From positions 39,675 to 103,674 of the forward strand of contig CAYQJU010000001.1 of NCBI GenBank assembly GCA_964417875.1: a DNA stretch of 64,000 nucleotides, given 5' to 3'. Each line of letters begins with the position of its first letter. Position 1 is the first letter of the stretch. Both the position numbers and the translations under genes were made by a program. Shown piece by piece: positions 27,001 to 37,264 of the stretch. Below the pieces are notes generated by a model. That model saw only the letters and a list, made by a program, of their open reading frames with translations. It ran no database searches and was not told the DNA's origin. Origin of the DNA: an uncultured Steroidobacteraceae bacterium. Lineage in GTDB: Bacteria; Pseudomonadota; Gammaproteobacteria; Steroidobacterales; Steroidobacteraceae.

Positions 27001-28179
27001 ATGGCCACTGCTGAACTGGAAGTCCGCTCCGCGACCGTGACCCATCGGGGACCCACCGGTGAGTCCCCCCCCATCCGCCAGATCCTCACGCTGATCGACC
27101 AGGTTGCCGCGCATGACTCCAGTGTGCTGGTGCTGGGTGAATCGGGCACCGGCAAGGAAGTGGTGGCGCGCGCCATTCACAACTCCAGTCCGCGACGCCA
27201 TCGTCCCTTCATTGCCGTGAACTGCGGCGCCATTCCTGCCGACCTGCTCGAAAGCGAGCTGTTCGGACACGAGAAGGGTGCGTTCACCGGTGCGGTGGCC
27301 ACGCGCAAGGGCCGCTTCGAACTGGCCGATGGTGGCACGCTGTTCCTCGACGAGATCGGCGACATGAGCCTGCCGATGCAGGTGAAGCTGCTGCGCGTGC
27401 TGCAGGAGAAGGTGTTCGAGCGTGTCGGCAGCGCGCTGCAGTATCGCTGCAACGTGCGCATCATCGCCGCCACGCATCGCAACCTCGAGGACTCGATCAC
27501 CCGCGGCACATTCCGCGAGGACCTGTTCTACCGCCTGAACGTGTTTCCCATCGACATGCCCTCGCTGCGCGAGCGCAAGCAGGACCTGCCGGTACTGATC
27601 CGCGACTTCTCCGAAATGAACGTTGCGGCGGGCCGGGCGCGGGTGCTGCTGACGGCCGGCGCGATGGAATGCCTGGAGCGCTACAGCTGGCCTGGCAATG
27701 TGCGCGAGCTGGGCAACCTGATCGAACGGCTGTCCATCCTCTGCGGCGGCCGGCCGGTCGGCGCCCAGGATCTGCCGCCGCGCTATCGTCCGGCCGACTG
27801 GACGCCGCCGGCGGACGATGATCGCGTGCCCGAAGCTGCTCCGCTCCTGATTGCCGCCGCGCCCGCGCCGACGGCGGCCATCGCCGATGCCGGCGCCCCG
27901 GCGACCGAGCGCGAGCACGCGACGCGCCTCTCCGAACGCGAAGTGCTGCTGATGCTCGAGGACCCGGCCACCGGCAGCGGCACGGTGTTGCCGCCCGGCG
28001 GCATCGATCTGCGCGCGCATGTGTCCTCGATCGAGGAATCGCTGATCCGCCAGGCGCTGGAGCGCAGCAATGGCGTGGTCGCGCAGGCCGCAAGGCTGCT
28101 GCAGCTTCGCCGCACCACGCTGGTGGAGAAGTTGCGCAAGTTCGGCATCGGCGGCGTCGACGAAGCGACGGCCGATTGA
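27001..28179 (+). CDS. Sigma-54-dependent transcriptional activator, FleQ-like AAA+ and HTH domains, no N-terminal FleQ/receiver domain
   Basis: 392 aa with Walker A GESGTGKE, the GAFTGA loop, an FleQ-like tail LPPGGIDLRAHVSSIEESLIRQALERSNGVVAQAARLLQLRRTTLVEKLRKFGI, and only about 25 aa before the AAA+ core. Confidence 0.88.
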   Translation: MATAELEVRSATVTHRGPTGESPPIRQILTLIDQVAAHDSSVLVLGESGTGKEVVARAIHNSSPRRHRPFIAVNCGAIPADLLESELFGHEKGAFTGAVATRKGRFELADGGTLFLDEIGDMSLPMQVKLLRVLQEKVFERVGSALQYRCNVRIIAATHRNLEDSITRGTFREDLFYRLNVFPIDMPSLRERKQDLPVLIRDFSEMNVAAGRARVLLTAGAMECLERYSWPGNVRELGNLIERLSILCGGRPVGAQDLPPRYRPADWTPPADDDRVPEAAPLLIAAAPAPTAAIADAGAPATEREHATRLSEREVLLMLEDPATGSGTVLPPGGIDLRAHVSSIEESLIRQALERSNGVVAQAARLLQLRRTTLVEKLRKFGIGGVDEATAD

Positions 28180-28198
28180 CGTTTCCGGCTTCCATTCC

Positions 28199-28212
28199 GT
28201 GACACGCGTCAC
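28199..28212. promoter_or_regulatory. GTGAC-ACGC-GTCAC inverted repeat just upstream of the second activator's sigma-54 promoter
   Basis: It matches GTGAY-N4-RTCAC. The centre lies 28 bp upstream of the promoter GG. Confidence 0.4.
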
Positions 28213-28231
28213 GCGATGGGCAGCCCCTGGC

Positions 28232-28247
28232 CGGCACGGAACTTGCT
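28232..28247 (+). promoter_or_regulatory. Sigma-54 promoter of the second sigma-54 activator gene (probably also fliE-fliK)
   Basis: CGGCAC-GGAAC-TTGCT. TTGC is followed by 13 nt (tctctcctcggtc, no SD) and then ATG 28260. Confidence 0.7.
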
Positions 28248-28259
28248 CTCTCCTCGGTC

Positions 28260-29258
<999 letters not shown>

Positions 29259-29270
29259 GGGAAATCCGCG

Positions 29271-29624
29271 ATGAGCAACATGCAGATCGACAGCGTGCTG
29301 GCCCAGATCCGCGCGCTGCAGCAGCAGACGAAGATCGGCGCACCGTCGATGCCTCGGCCCGAGGCGCCGGGCGCTGCCGGCGCGGTGCAGGGCGGTGGCA
29401 ACGTCAGCTTCGCCGACGTGATGAAGAAGGGCCTGGATGCGGTCAATGCGACCCAGTCGCAGGCCGCGGCGCTCGCCACGCGCTTCGAGCGCGGTGATCC
29501 GGGCGTGGAGCTCTCGCACGTGATGCTCGAATCCCAGAAGGCCTCGGTGGCGTTCCGCGCCACGGTCGAGGTCCGCAATCGCCTGGTCAGTGCGTACCAG
29601 GAAATCATGAACATGCCCATCTGA
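29271..29624 (+). CDS. fliE: Flagellar hook-basal body protein FliE
   Basis: 117 aa with SFADVMKKGLDAVN and the C-terminal VEVRNRLVSAYQEIMNMPI. Confidence 0.93.
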   Translation: MSNMQIDSVLAQIRALQQQTKIGAPSMPRPEAPGAAGAVQGGGNVSFADVMKKGLDAVNATQSQAAALATRFERGDPGVELSHVMLESQKASVAFRATVEVRNRLVSAYQEIMNMPI

Positions 29625-29640
29625 TGCCTAAGGTCGCAAC

Positions 29641-31242
29641 ATGAGTGCCGACGTTCCTGCCGTTCCAATGAAGATGCCTGCCGCGATGGCTGGCCTGAAG
29701 CCGCTGCTGATCCTGATCGGCGTCGCAGCGGCAGTGGCTGCAGGCGTGGGCATCGCGCTGTGGTCTCAGGCGCCCACCTACAGCCTGCTGTTCGGCAACC
29801 TGAGTGATACCGATGCGTCGCAGCTCACGCAGTCGCTGGACCAGTCCGGAATTCCCTACCGGGTCGAGCATGGCGCGGTGCTGGTGCCGGCCAATCGCGT
29901 CACCGAGGCGCGCATGGGTCTGGCCGCGAAGGGCCTGCCGTCCTCAAGCGGCTTCTCGCTGATGGAAAAGGATCCGGGATTCGGCGTCAGCCAGTTCATG
30001 GAGAACGCGCGCTACCAGCACGCCATCGAGACTGAACTGGCGCGTACCATCGCCAGCCTGAAGCCGGTGCAGGGTGCGCGCGTGCACCTGGCCCTGCCGC
30101 AGCAGTCCGCGTTCGTGCGCGACCGCCGTCCGGCCAGCGCCTCGGTGTTCCTGCAGCTCAATGCCGGCGCGCGCATCGATCGCGGCCAGGTGGCGGCCAT
30201 CGTGAACCTGGTGGCATCGAGCATTCCCGAACTGGGCGCCGAGCATGTGACCGTGGTCGACAGCCAGGGGCGACTGCTGTCCTCGCCCGAGGAAGACAGC
30301 GAGTTCGCCGCGCGTGAGCAGCAGCTGGAGCTGGCGCGGCGCATCGAGGAGGATTATTCGCAGCGCATCGTGTCGCTGCTGACCCCGCTGCTGGGACCGG
30401 GCCGCGTGCGCGCGCAGGTGGTGGCGCAGATCGAACTCTCCAGCACCGAGGAGGCGCGCGAGCAGTATGGCCCGCAGAGCCAGGTGGTGCGCAGCGAGCA
30501 GACCAGCGAGGATATGAGCCGCACTGCAGGCGGACCGCAGGGCGTTCCCGGCGCGCTGACCAACCAGCCACCGGAGGGCGGCACGGCGCTGCCGCCGGGC
30601 GTGCAGGCGCAGGACGATGCGCAGACGGCTGCTGCCACGACTCCCGGGAGCAGCTCGCGGCAGGCCACGCGCAATTACGAGATCGACCGCACCGTTGCCT
30701 ATACCCGCATGCCGGCCGGTCGCCTGCAGCGCCTGTCGGCCGCCGTGGTCATCGACAACCTGCGCACCACGGCTGCCGATGGCAGCGTGGCCGAGACGCC
30801 GCTGACCGAGGAGCAGCTCGAACGCATCACCGGGCTGGTGCGCGATGCCGTCGGCTTCGATGACGGGCGCGGCGATCGCGTGTCGGTGGTGAACCAGAGC
30901 TTCCTGCAGGAAGCGGTCGAGGTGCCCGAGATCACCGCGCCACCCATCTGGGAGAACCCGATGGTGCGCGACATTGCCCGCCTTGTGGCCGGCCTTGTGA
31001 TCATCCTGGCGCTGCTGATGTTTGTGGTGCGGCCGCTGCTGCGCAACCTCGCCGCGCCGGTGAAGGCCGCGCTCGTGCCGCCGCCACCGTTGCCGGCGCC
31101 GCAGGCCGCGGGTGCTGCCCCCACCCGTCCTGCCGACACCATTGCCTATGAACAGCAGATCGCGCAGGCGCGCGGCCTGGTGGCCAAGGATCCGGCGCGC
31201 GTGGCGCAGGTCGTCAAGGAATGGGTGGAGAAGGATGACTGA
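29641..31242 (+). CDS. fliF: Flagellar MS-ring protein FliF
   Basis: 533 aa with an N-terminal TM segment, YSLLFGNLSDTDASQLTQSLDQSGIPYR, a second TM segment near the C-terminus and a C-terminal FliG-binding tail. Confidence 0.95.
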   Translation: MSADVPAVPMKMPAAMAGLKPLLILIGVAAAVAAGVGIALWSQAPTYSLLFGNLSDTDASQLTQSLDQSGIPYRVEHGAVLVPANRVTEARMGLAAKGLPSSSGFSLMEKDPGFGVSQFMENARYQHAIETELARTIASLKPVQGARVHLALPQQSAFVRDRRPASASVFLQLNAGARIDRGQVAAIVNLVASSIPELGAEHVTVVDSQGRLLSSPEEDSEFAAREQQLELARRIEEDYSQRIVSLLTPLLGPGRVRAQVVAQIELSSTEEAREQYGPQSQVVRSEQTSEDMSRTAGGPQGVPGALTNQPPEGGTALPPGVQAQDDAQTAAATTPGSSSRQATRNYEIDRTVAYTRMPAGRLQRLSAAVVIDNLRTTAADGSVAETPLTEEQLERITGLVRDAVGFDDGRGDRVSVVNQSFLQEAVEVPEITAPPIWENPMVRDIARLVAGLVIILALLMFVVRPLLRNLAAPVKAALVPPPPLPAPQAAGAAPTRPADTIAYEQQIAQARGLVAKDPARVAQVVKEWVEKDD

Positions 31243-31919
31243 TGAGCAGCGCCGCCATGCAGTTCGTTGAGCCGCTGCGGGATCTGCCCGTCACCGACAC
31301 GCGCGCCTGGAGCGCGCCGGTGTTCGATGGCGATGCCATGCCCGGCGGGCACCGCCGCGACAGCGACGAGCGGCGCGAGGAAGAGCGACGCGTGATGGCC
31401 GAGGCGCAGGCCCGCGGCCATGCCGCCGGACTTGCCGCCGCGCAGCGCGAGATCAATGCGAAGCTTGCCGCGCTGGAAGCACAGCGCCGGACGCTGACCG
31501 CCGCGCTCGACGCACTGTCACGGCCGCTGGCGCAGCTGGACGATGCGCTGCACGAACAGATTGCATTGCTGGCGATGCGCATCGCACGTGCGGTGGTGCG
31601 CCGCGAACTGCGCATCGATCCCTCGCAGGTGATCGGCATCGTGCGTGACACCGTTGCGCTGCTGCCGGCCGCGACGCGCGCGCCCCGCGTGCTGCTGCAT
31701 CCTGAAGATGCCGCGCTGCTGCGCGAGCGGGTGTTGCCGTCAGGACCGGAAGCGGCCTGGTCCATCATCGAGGATCCGACCCTGGGGCGCGGCGATTGCC
31801 GCGTGCTCACCGATCACGCGCAGGTCGATTCGCGGGTCGAGACACGACTGAACGAAGCCCTCACCGCATTGCTCGGTGAGGAGCGCGCCCGGCCACGCGA
31901 CGAAGGAGATTCCGCATGA
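31242..31919 (+). CDS. fliH: Flagellar export ATPase regulator FliH
   Basis: 225 aa with an N-terminal Trp motif (RAWSAPVF), a charged coiled coil and a C-terminal LHPEDAALL...VDSRVETRL. It overlaps the fliF stop (TGATG). Confidence 0.85.
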   Translation: MSSAAMQFVEPLRDLPVTDTRAWSAPVFDGDAMPGGHRRDSDERREEERRVMAEAQARGHAAGLAAAQREINAKLAALEAQRRTLTAALDALSRPLAQLDDALHEQIALLAMRIARAVVRRELRIDPSQVIGIVRDTVALLPAATRAPRVLLHPEDAALLRERVLPSGPEAAWSIIEDPTLGRGDCRVLTDHAQVDSRVETRLNEALTALLGEERARPRDEGDSA

Positions 31920-33268
31920 GCGAGACCCTGCGTCAGCCGGTGCCCTGGCGTCAGCAGCTGGCCCGCTCCCTGCGGGTTGCCGACGAGCTGCCGCCGCCGC
32001 CAGTGGAAGGACAGCTCAACCGCATGGTGGGACTCACCCTGGAAGCACTGGGTTGCCAGGCTGCGGTCGGCGACCGCTGCGAGGTGATGGCCACCGATGG
32101 CCAGTCCATCGAGGCGGAAGTGGTGGGGTTCGCCGGCGAACGGCTCTACCTGATGCCCACCGGCGATGTGCATGGCGTCCGGCCCGGTGCACGGGTGATC
32201 CCGCGATCCGGCGCCGGGCATGTGCGCGTTGGTCCTGAACTGCTCGGCCGCGTCATCGACGGCGCCGGCGAGCCGCTGGACGGACGCGGTCCCCTCCATC
32301 TGGACGACCGGGTGCGCCTGACCGGCACGCCGCTGAATCCGCTGGCGCGCGAGCCCATCGAACGCCCGCTGGATGTCGGCGTGCGCGCCATCAATTCATT
32401 GCTGAGCGTGGGCCGCGGGCAGCGTCTGGGCCTGTTCGCCGGCAGCGGCGTGGGCAAGAGCGTGCTGCTGGGCATGATGGCCCGCTACACCGAGGCCGAC
32501 GCGATCGTGGTGGGCCTGATCGGCGAGCGCGGCCGCGAGGTGAAGGAATTCATCGACAAGATCCTGGGCCAGGCGGGCCGCTCGCGCGCCGTGGTGGTGG
32601 CAGCTCCGGCCGACAGCACGCCGCTGATGCGCCTGCATGGTGCGTGGCGCGCCACCGCCATCGCCGAGTACTTCCGCGACCAGGGCCGCAATGTGCTGCT
32701 GATCATGGATTCGCTGACGCGCTTCGCGCAGGCACAGCGCGAGATCGGCCTGGCCATCGGCGAGGCGCCGGCCACCAAGGGCTATCCGCCGTCGGTGTTC
32801 GCGCGGCTGCCGCAGCTGGTCGAGCGCGCCGGCAATGCCGGGCCGGATGCCGGTTCCATCACTGCGTTCTACACCGTGCTGACCGAAGGCGATGACCAGC
32901 AGGATCCCATCGCCGACAGCGCGCGCGCCATCCTCGACGGACACATCGTGCTGTCGCGCCGCATCGCCGAGGCGGGCCAGTACCCGGCCATCGATGTGGA
33001 AGCCTCGATCAGCCGCGTGATGCACGATATCGTGCCGCAGCGCCAGCAGTTCCAGGCCCGCCAGCTGAAGCGCCTGCTGTCGCTGTATGAGCAGAACCGC
33101 GACCTGGTGGCCATCGGCGCCTATCGCAGCGGCACCGACCCGCGCATCGATGCCGCGATTGCGGCACATCCGCATCTCACCGCGTTCCTGCGGCAGGACC
33201 TGCACGATCAGGTGAACTTCGCCGACAGCGTGACGCAGCTGGATGCGCTGATCGGTGACGTCGAATGA
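31916..33268 (+). CDS. fliI: Flagellum-specific ATP synthase FliI
   Basis: 450 aa with Walker A GSGVGKS, Walker [10 protein letters not shown] and an F1-beta-like fold signature. Confidence 0.96.
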   Translation: MSETLRQPVPWRQQLARSLRVADELPPPPVEGQLNRMVGLTLEALGCQAAVGDRCEVMATDGQSIEAEVVGFAGERLYLMPTGDVHGVRPGARVIPRSGAGHVRVGPELLGRVIDGAGEPLDGRGPLHLDDRVRLTGTPLNPLAREPIERPLDVGVRAINSLLSVGRGQRLGLFAGSGVGKSVLLGMMARYTEADAIVVGLIGERGREVKEFIDKILGQAGRSRAVVVAAPADSTPLMRLHGAWRATAIAEYFRDQGRNVLLIMDSLTRFAQAQREIGLAIGEAPATKGYPPSVFARLPQLVERAGNAGPDAGSITAFYTVLTEGDDQQDPIADSARAILDGHIVLSRRIAEAGQYPAIDVEASISRVMHDIVPQRQQFQARQLKRLLSLYEQNRDLVAIGAYRSGTDPRIDAAIAAHPHLTAFLRQDLHDQVNFADSVTQLDALIGDVE

Positions 33269-33720
33269 GCCGCGCGGACCGCATGGCGCCGGTGCAGCGG
33301 GTGTTCGGCAATGCCGAGCGCGACTGCGCCCGGGAGCTGGGCGATGCGCAGCGGCAGCTCGCCGATGCCGAGGCGAGGCTGAAGGAACTGCGCACCTATC
33401 ACGGCGAGTATCTCGGCGCCTTTCGCAAGCGCTGCGAGGATGGCACCTCGATCCGCGCGCTGCGTGATTTCCAGGCCTTCCTGGCGCGGCTCGATACGGC
33501 ATTGCGACAGCAGGAGCAGCTGGTGGCCCAGGCGCGCGAGCGTGCCGCCGGCAGCCGCCGCAGCTGGCAGGGCGCCGCGCAGCAGGTCAAGGCGGTGGAC
33601 GCCGTCGTCGACCGCTGGAACAGGATCGAGACGCGCGCCGCGGACAAACGTGACCAGAAAGAATCCGACGAACGGGCCCAGCGCATGGCGCTCGCAGGCC
33701 ATGGCGGCATGGAGGGATGA
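33265..33720 (+). CDS. fliJ: Flagellar export chaperone/stalk protein FliJ
   Basis: 151-aa coiled-coil protein directly after fliI, with an overlapping ATGA. Confidence 0.85.
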   Translation: MSRADRMAPVQRVFGNAERDCARELGDAQRQLADAEARLKELRTYHGEYLGAFRKRCEDGTSIRALRDFQAFLARLDTALRQQEQLVAQARERAAGSRRSWQGAAQQVKAVDAVVDRWNRIETRAADKRDQKESDERAQRMALAGHGGMEG

Positions 33721-34739
33721 TGATGGGAGCCAGTGCGGCGATTCGACTCGCCAGTGCCGGTGGCGGCAAGGGCCAGGCGGCTGCCGATGCGCCAGCGCGC
33801 GAGGCGGACGGATTTCCGGCCGCGCTGACCGCGGCATCGAACCATCGGCCACGCGCCTCGGGCGGCGCGGACCCCGACAGCGATACGGCCGCATCCGATC
33901 CCGCGCTGGCTGCAGCGCTTGCGGCAATGCTGCCCGTGCCGGCGCTGCCGGATGGGGCGTCAGCGCCGGGTCAGCCGGGCGAAGTTTCCATTGATGGCAT
34001 TGCCGGCGACCTGCACGCGCAGGCAACACCGGAAGAACTGCTGGATGCATCCGCGCAGGCGCCCGGCGATGAAGCCTTCGAGGCCCAGCTCGCCGCGATG
34101 AACGAGGGTGCAGCAGGTGATGACGCCCGCGATGACCTGCTGCAGCAGCTCACCCGCGAGCTGGCACTGGCACGCGATCCGGCCGCCTCGCTGCGCGCCG
34201 GCGCGGCCGATGCGCGCAGCGCGATCAACGAAATGCCGGTGGGCAGTGTCGCCACGCACGCCGCCACGCAGCTTTCGGGCCTGATGCCCAACGCGGCGGC
34301 GCTGGCCAATGCCAGCCCGCAGGCATTGCACAGCCAGGTGGGTTCGCCACGCTGGGCCGAGGAGCTGGGCTCGCGCCTGGTGATGATGACCACCCGCGGG
34401 CAGGGCGAAGGTTCGCTGACGCTGGCGCCTGAGCACCTGGGTCCGCTGGAAGTGCGCATCAGCATGAACCAGAACACTGCCAATGTCTGGTTCGCCGCAC
34501 AGCATGCGGACACGCGCGCCGCACTGGCCGAAGCATTGCCACGCCTGCGCGAGCTGCTGGCCGAGTCCGGACTGTCGCTGGGCCATGCCGGCGTCTCGCA
34601 CGAGGCGCCGCGCGAGCAGGCCGCGCGCGAGCAGCTGCAGGCACGCGACGCGGGTCTGGATGTGGTTGCCGCTGGCGCCGAAACGCCGGCGCAGGCCGTG
34701 CGCCGTGCCGTCAGCAGCCTGCTCGACCTCTACGCCTGA
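33717..34739 (+). CDS. fliK: Hook-length control protein FliK
   Basis: 340 aa with an Ala/Pro-rich N-terminal ruler and a C-terminal Flg_hook domain (SLTLAPEHLGPLEVRISMNQNTANVWFAAQHADTRAALE). Confidence 0.88.
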   Translation: MMMGASAAIRLASAGGGKGQAAADAPAREADGFPAALTAASNHRPRASGGADPDSDTAASDPALAAALAAMLPVPALPDGASAPGQPGEVSIDGIAGDLHAQATPEELLDASAQAPGDEAFEAQLAAMNEGAAGDDARDDLLQQLTRELALARDPAASLRAGAADARSAINEMPVGSVATHAATQLSGLMPNAAALANASPQALHSQVGSPRWAEELGSRLVMMTTRGQGEGSLTLAPEHLGPLEVRISMNQNTANVWFAAQHADTRAALAEALPRLRELLAESGLSLGHAGVSHEAPREQAAREQLQARDAGLDVVAAGAETPAQAVRRAVSSLLDLYA

Positions 34740-34744
34740 CGACC

Positions 34745-34768
34745 AACCGGCACCCGCGTCCGGTTTTT
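34745..34768 (+). terminator. Weak rho-independent terminator after fliK
   Basis: AACCGG-(9 nt)-CCGGTT followed by TTT. The stem is short. Confidence 0.35.
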
Positions 34769-34774
34769 GGCACT

Positions 34775-34788
34775 GTGCGGCAATTCAC
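34775..34788. promoter_or_regulatory. GTGCG-GCAA-TTCAC, a degenerate member of the GTG-N8-CAC repeat family upstream of fliL
   Basis: The centre lies 68 bp upstream of the GG of the fliL sigma-54 promoter. It is embedded in the longer palindrome CTGTG-N8-CACAG. Confidence 0.35.
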
Positions 34789-34847
34789 AGTCGCAATCTT
34801 GCGGAAAAGTCTTTCAGTTCATTGGGTTAAGTGCCGCGGACGGACCG

Positions 34848-34863
34848 TGGCACACGCCTTGCA
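34848..34863 (+). promoter_or_regulatory. Sigma-54 promoter of the fliL-fliN-fliOPQR-flhB operon
   Basis: TGGCAC-ACGCC-TTGCA is a perfect consensus. It lies 49 nt upstream of the fliL ATG. Confidence 0.8.
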
Positions 34864-34911
34864 CCGATGGTGGCAGCAACTTCCACCGCAATCTGCAGGG
34901 CTCACTGATCC

Positions 34912-35403
34912 ATGTCCGAACAAGCCGCCAGCGATGAAACTCCCCGCAAGTCCCGCAAGGGCCTGATCTTCACCATTGCCGGCGTGCTGCTGGTGGCCGG
35001 CGGCGCCGGCGCCTGGTTCGCCCTCGGCGGCAAGTCGTCGGACGCAGACGCGAATGCCGAGGCCGCCGCGGTGGCGAAACTTCCGCCGCAGTTCGTGGAA
35101 CTGGATCCGCCCTTCGTCGTGAATTTCCAGCCCGGCTCCTCGGCGCGCTTCCTGCAGGTGGCGGTGCAGGTGATGACGCGCGATCCGCAGGCGGTCGCCA
35201 GGCTCCAACACCTCGCGCCCATCATCCGCAATGACCTGCTGCTGCTGTTCGGCAACAAGCAGGTGGCAGAGGTCGCCACACCCGAAGGCAAGGAAGCACT
35301 GCGCACGGCCACGCTGGACGCGGTGCGCAAGGTGCTGGCTTCCGAGGGCGGCGATCCCGAGGCCCTCGAGGCCGTGTATTTCACCAGCTTCGTCATGCAA
35401 TAG
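34912..35403 (+). CDS. fliL: Flagellar basal-body-associated protein FliL
   Basis: 163 aa with a single N-terminal TM segment and PFVVNF...RFLQVAVQV...IRNDLLLLF motifs. Confidence 0.9.
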   Translation: MSEQAASDETPRKSRKGLIFTIAGVLLVAGGAGAWFALGGKSSDADANAEAAAVAKLPPQFVELDPPFVVNFQPGSSARFLQVAVQVMTRDPQAVARLQHLAPIIRNDLLLLFGNKQVAEVATPEGKEALRTATLDAVRKVLASEGGDPEALEAVYFTSFVMQ

Positions 35404-35415
35404 GACACCTGCGCA

Positions 35416-35766
35416 ATGAGCACCGATCTTTCCGCGAATGCTGAAGGCGCGCATCCCGATGCGGTGGCCGACGACGTCCTGATGACGGCACCGCCGGTGC
35501 CGCGAGACGTGAACCTGGACGTCATCCTCGACGTGCCGGTCACGCTGTCGCTGGAGGTGGGCCGCACGCGCCTGCCGATCCGCAGCCTGCTGCAACTGAA
35601 CCAGGGTTCGGTGGTGGAACTGGAACGCGCCGCCGGCGAGCCGCTCGATGTCTACGTGAATGGCACGCTGGTCGCGCATGGCCAGGTCGTGGTCGTGAAC
35701 GAGAAGTTCGGCATCCGCCTCACCGATGTGGTGAGTCCGGCCGAACGCATCCGCAAGCTCAGGTAA
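35416..35766 (+). CDS. fliN: C-ring / export-gate SpoA-domain protein FliN (copy 1)
   Basis: 116 aa. LDVPVTLSLEVGRTRLPIRSLLQLNQGSVVELERAAGEPLDVYVNGTLVAHGQVVVVNEKFGIRLTDV is a canonical FliN SpoA domain. The gene follows fliL directly, with no fliM between them. Confidence 0.9.
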   Translation: MSTDLSANAEGAHPDAVADDVLMTAPPVPRDVNLDVILDVPVTLSLEVGRTRLPIRSLLQLNQGSVVELERAAGEPLDVYVNGTLVAHGQVVVVNEKFGIRLTDVVSPAERIRKLR

Positions 35767-35769
35767 CCG

Positions 35770-36234
35770 GTGACCATGAAACCCCTTTTCACGCGCGCCA
35801 TGGCCATCGTGCTCGGCAGTGCGCCGCTGCTGGTCGCCGCGGCGGCCGAGGCCCCGCGCCGCTTCGCCGCGCCGGAAGTGGCGTCCTCGCCTACTGCCAG
35901 CGGCGCCACCGGCATCGGCCAGGTGATGCTGGCGCTGGTCATCGTGCTGATCGCGGTGTTTGCCGCGGCACTGCTGGTCAAGCGGCTGCGCGGATTCACC
36001 GGCGGCGGCAGCGACGGCATCGAGGTGGTGTCGCAGGCGCTGGTCGGTCCGAAGGAACGCGTGGTGATCGTGCGGGTCGCCGGCAATCGCCTGCTGCTCG
36101 GGGTGGCCAGCGGTCAGGTGAACCTGTTGCAGACGCTGCCGCCCGATGAAGGTGGCGCGCCTGCGCCGCTGGCGCCGGCTGCCGGCAACATGCCGCGTTT
36201 CGGGGAATTGCTGCGCAGGAGCCTCGGCCGGTGA
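35770..36234 (+). CDS. fliO: Flagellar export apparatus protein FliO
   Basis: 154 aa with a GTG start and a single TM segment ([22 protein letters not shown]). It sits between fliN and fliP. Confidence 0.8.
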   Translation: MTMKPLFTRAMAIVLGSAPLLVAAAAEAPRRFAAPEVASSPTASGATGIGQVMLALVIVLIAVFAAALLVKRLRGFTGGGSDGIEVVSQALVGPKERVVIVRVAGNRLLLGVASGQVNLLQTLPPDEGGAPAPLAPAAGNMPRFGELLRRSLGR

Positions 36235-36974
36235 AGTACCTGCATTGGCTGGCCGCGCTGGGCGCGATGCTGCTGCCGCTGGCCGCCCAGGCCGCGGCGC
36301 CGGGCATTCCGGCGGTGGTGGTGGAAGGCGAACCGGGCGCGCAGAGCTACTCGCTGACGCTGCAGCTGCTGATCCTGATGACGGCAGTCACGCTGCTGCC
36401 GTCCATCGTGCTGATGATGACCTCGTTCACGCGCATCGTGATCGTGCTGGCCATCCTGCGCCAGGCCATCGGCGCCGGACAGGCCCCGCCGAACCAGGTG
36501 CTGATCGGGCTTGCGCTGTTCCTGTCGCTGTTCGTGATGGCGCCGGTGATCGGCACCATCAACACCGAGGCCGTGCAGCCCTACATGGCCGGCACCATCG
36601 AGACCACCGAGGCCCTGCAGCGCGCGGCCGTGCCGCTGAAGCAGTTCATGCTGCAGCAGACCCGCGAGAGCGACATCGCCACCTTCGTCAGCATCTCCGG
36701 CGGACAGGGTTTCGATGCGCCCGAGGATGTGCCGCTGTCGATCCTCGTGCCGGCCTTTGCCACCAGCGAGCTGAAGACCGCCTTCCAGATCGGCTTCCTG
36801 CTGTTCATCCCGTTCGTGATCATCGACCTGGTGGTTGCCAGCGTGCTGATGTCGATGGGCATGATGATGCTCTCGCCGGTGCTGATCTCGCTGCCATTCA
36901 AGATCATGCTGTTCGTGCTGGTGGACGGCTGGTCGCTGGTGATGGGCACGCTTGCCGCCAGCTTCTACACCTGA
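36231..36974 (+). CDS. fliP: Flagellar export apparatus protein FliP
   Basis: 247 aa with [54 protein letters not shown]. Confidence 0.96.
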   Translation: MKYLHWLAALGAMLLPLAAQAAAPGIPAVVVEGEPGAQSYSLTLQLLILMTAVTLLPSIVLMMTSFTRIVIVLAILRQAIGAGQAPPNQVLIGLALFLSLFVMAPVIGTINTEAVQPYMAGTIETTEALQRAAVPLKQFMLQQTRESDIATFVSISGGQGFDAPEDVPLSILVPAFATSELKTAFQIGFLLFIPFVIIDLVVASVLMSMGMMMLSPVLISLPFKIMLFVLVDGWSLVMGTLAASFYT

Positions 36975-36991
36975 CGCGCTTCAAGGATCCC

Positions 36992-37261
36992 ATGACTCCC
37001 GAAACCGTGATGACCATCGGCACCCGCGCGCTCGAGATCACCTTGCTGCTGGCCGCGCCATTGCTGCTGGTGGCGCTGGTCACTGGCCTGCTGGTGGGCG
37101 TGTTCCAGGCGGCCACGCAGATCAACGAGATGACGCTGTCATTCATCCCGAAGCTGCTGGCGATTGCCGCCGCGATTGCCATCGCCGGTCCATGGATGAT
37201 CCGGCTGATCGTGGACTACACCCGCGAGCTGATCCAGAGCATTCCCGCACTGATCGGCTGA
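36992..37261 (+). CDS. fliQ: Flagellar export apparatus protein FliQ
   Basis: 89 aa. MTPETVMTIGTRALEITLLLAAPLLLVALVTGLLVGVFQAATQINEMTLSFIPK is typical FliQ. It is buried in the listed ORF 36146..37261. Confidence 0.93.
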   Translation: MTPETVMTIGTRALEITLLLAAPLLLVALVTGLLVGVFQAATQINEMTLSFIPKLLAIAAAIAIAGPWMIRLIVDYTRELIQSIPALIG

Positions 37262-37264
37262 GCC

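Noticed and set aside
26319-28179. The idea that the PilZ-like ORF plus the first activator are a split FleQ, with the N-terminal domain encoded separately.
   Set aside because: The upstream protein shows no resemblance to a REC/FleQ N-terminal domain: no acidic pocket and no beta-alpha repeat pattern. The two ORFs are separated by 82 nt that contain a hairpin.
34768-34782. TGGCAC-TGTGC-GGCA upstream of fliL, considered as a second sigma-54 promoter.
   Set aside because: The -24 element is perfect, but the -12 region reads GGCA with the GC shifted by one position. A perfect promoter lies 80 nt downstream, and this segment overlaps the GTG-N8-CAC repeat instead.
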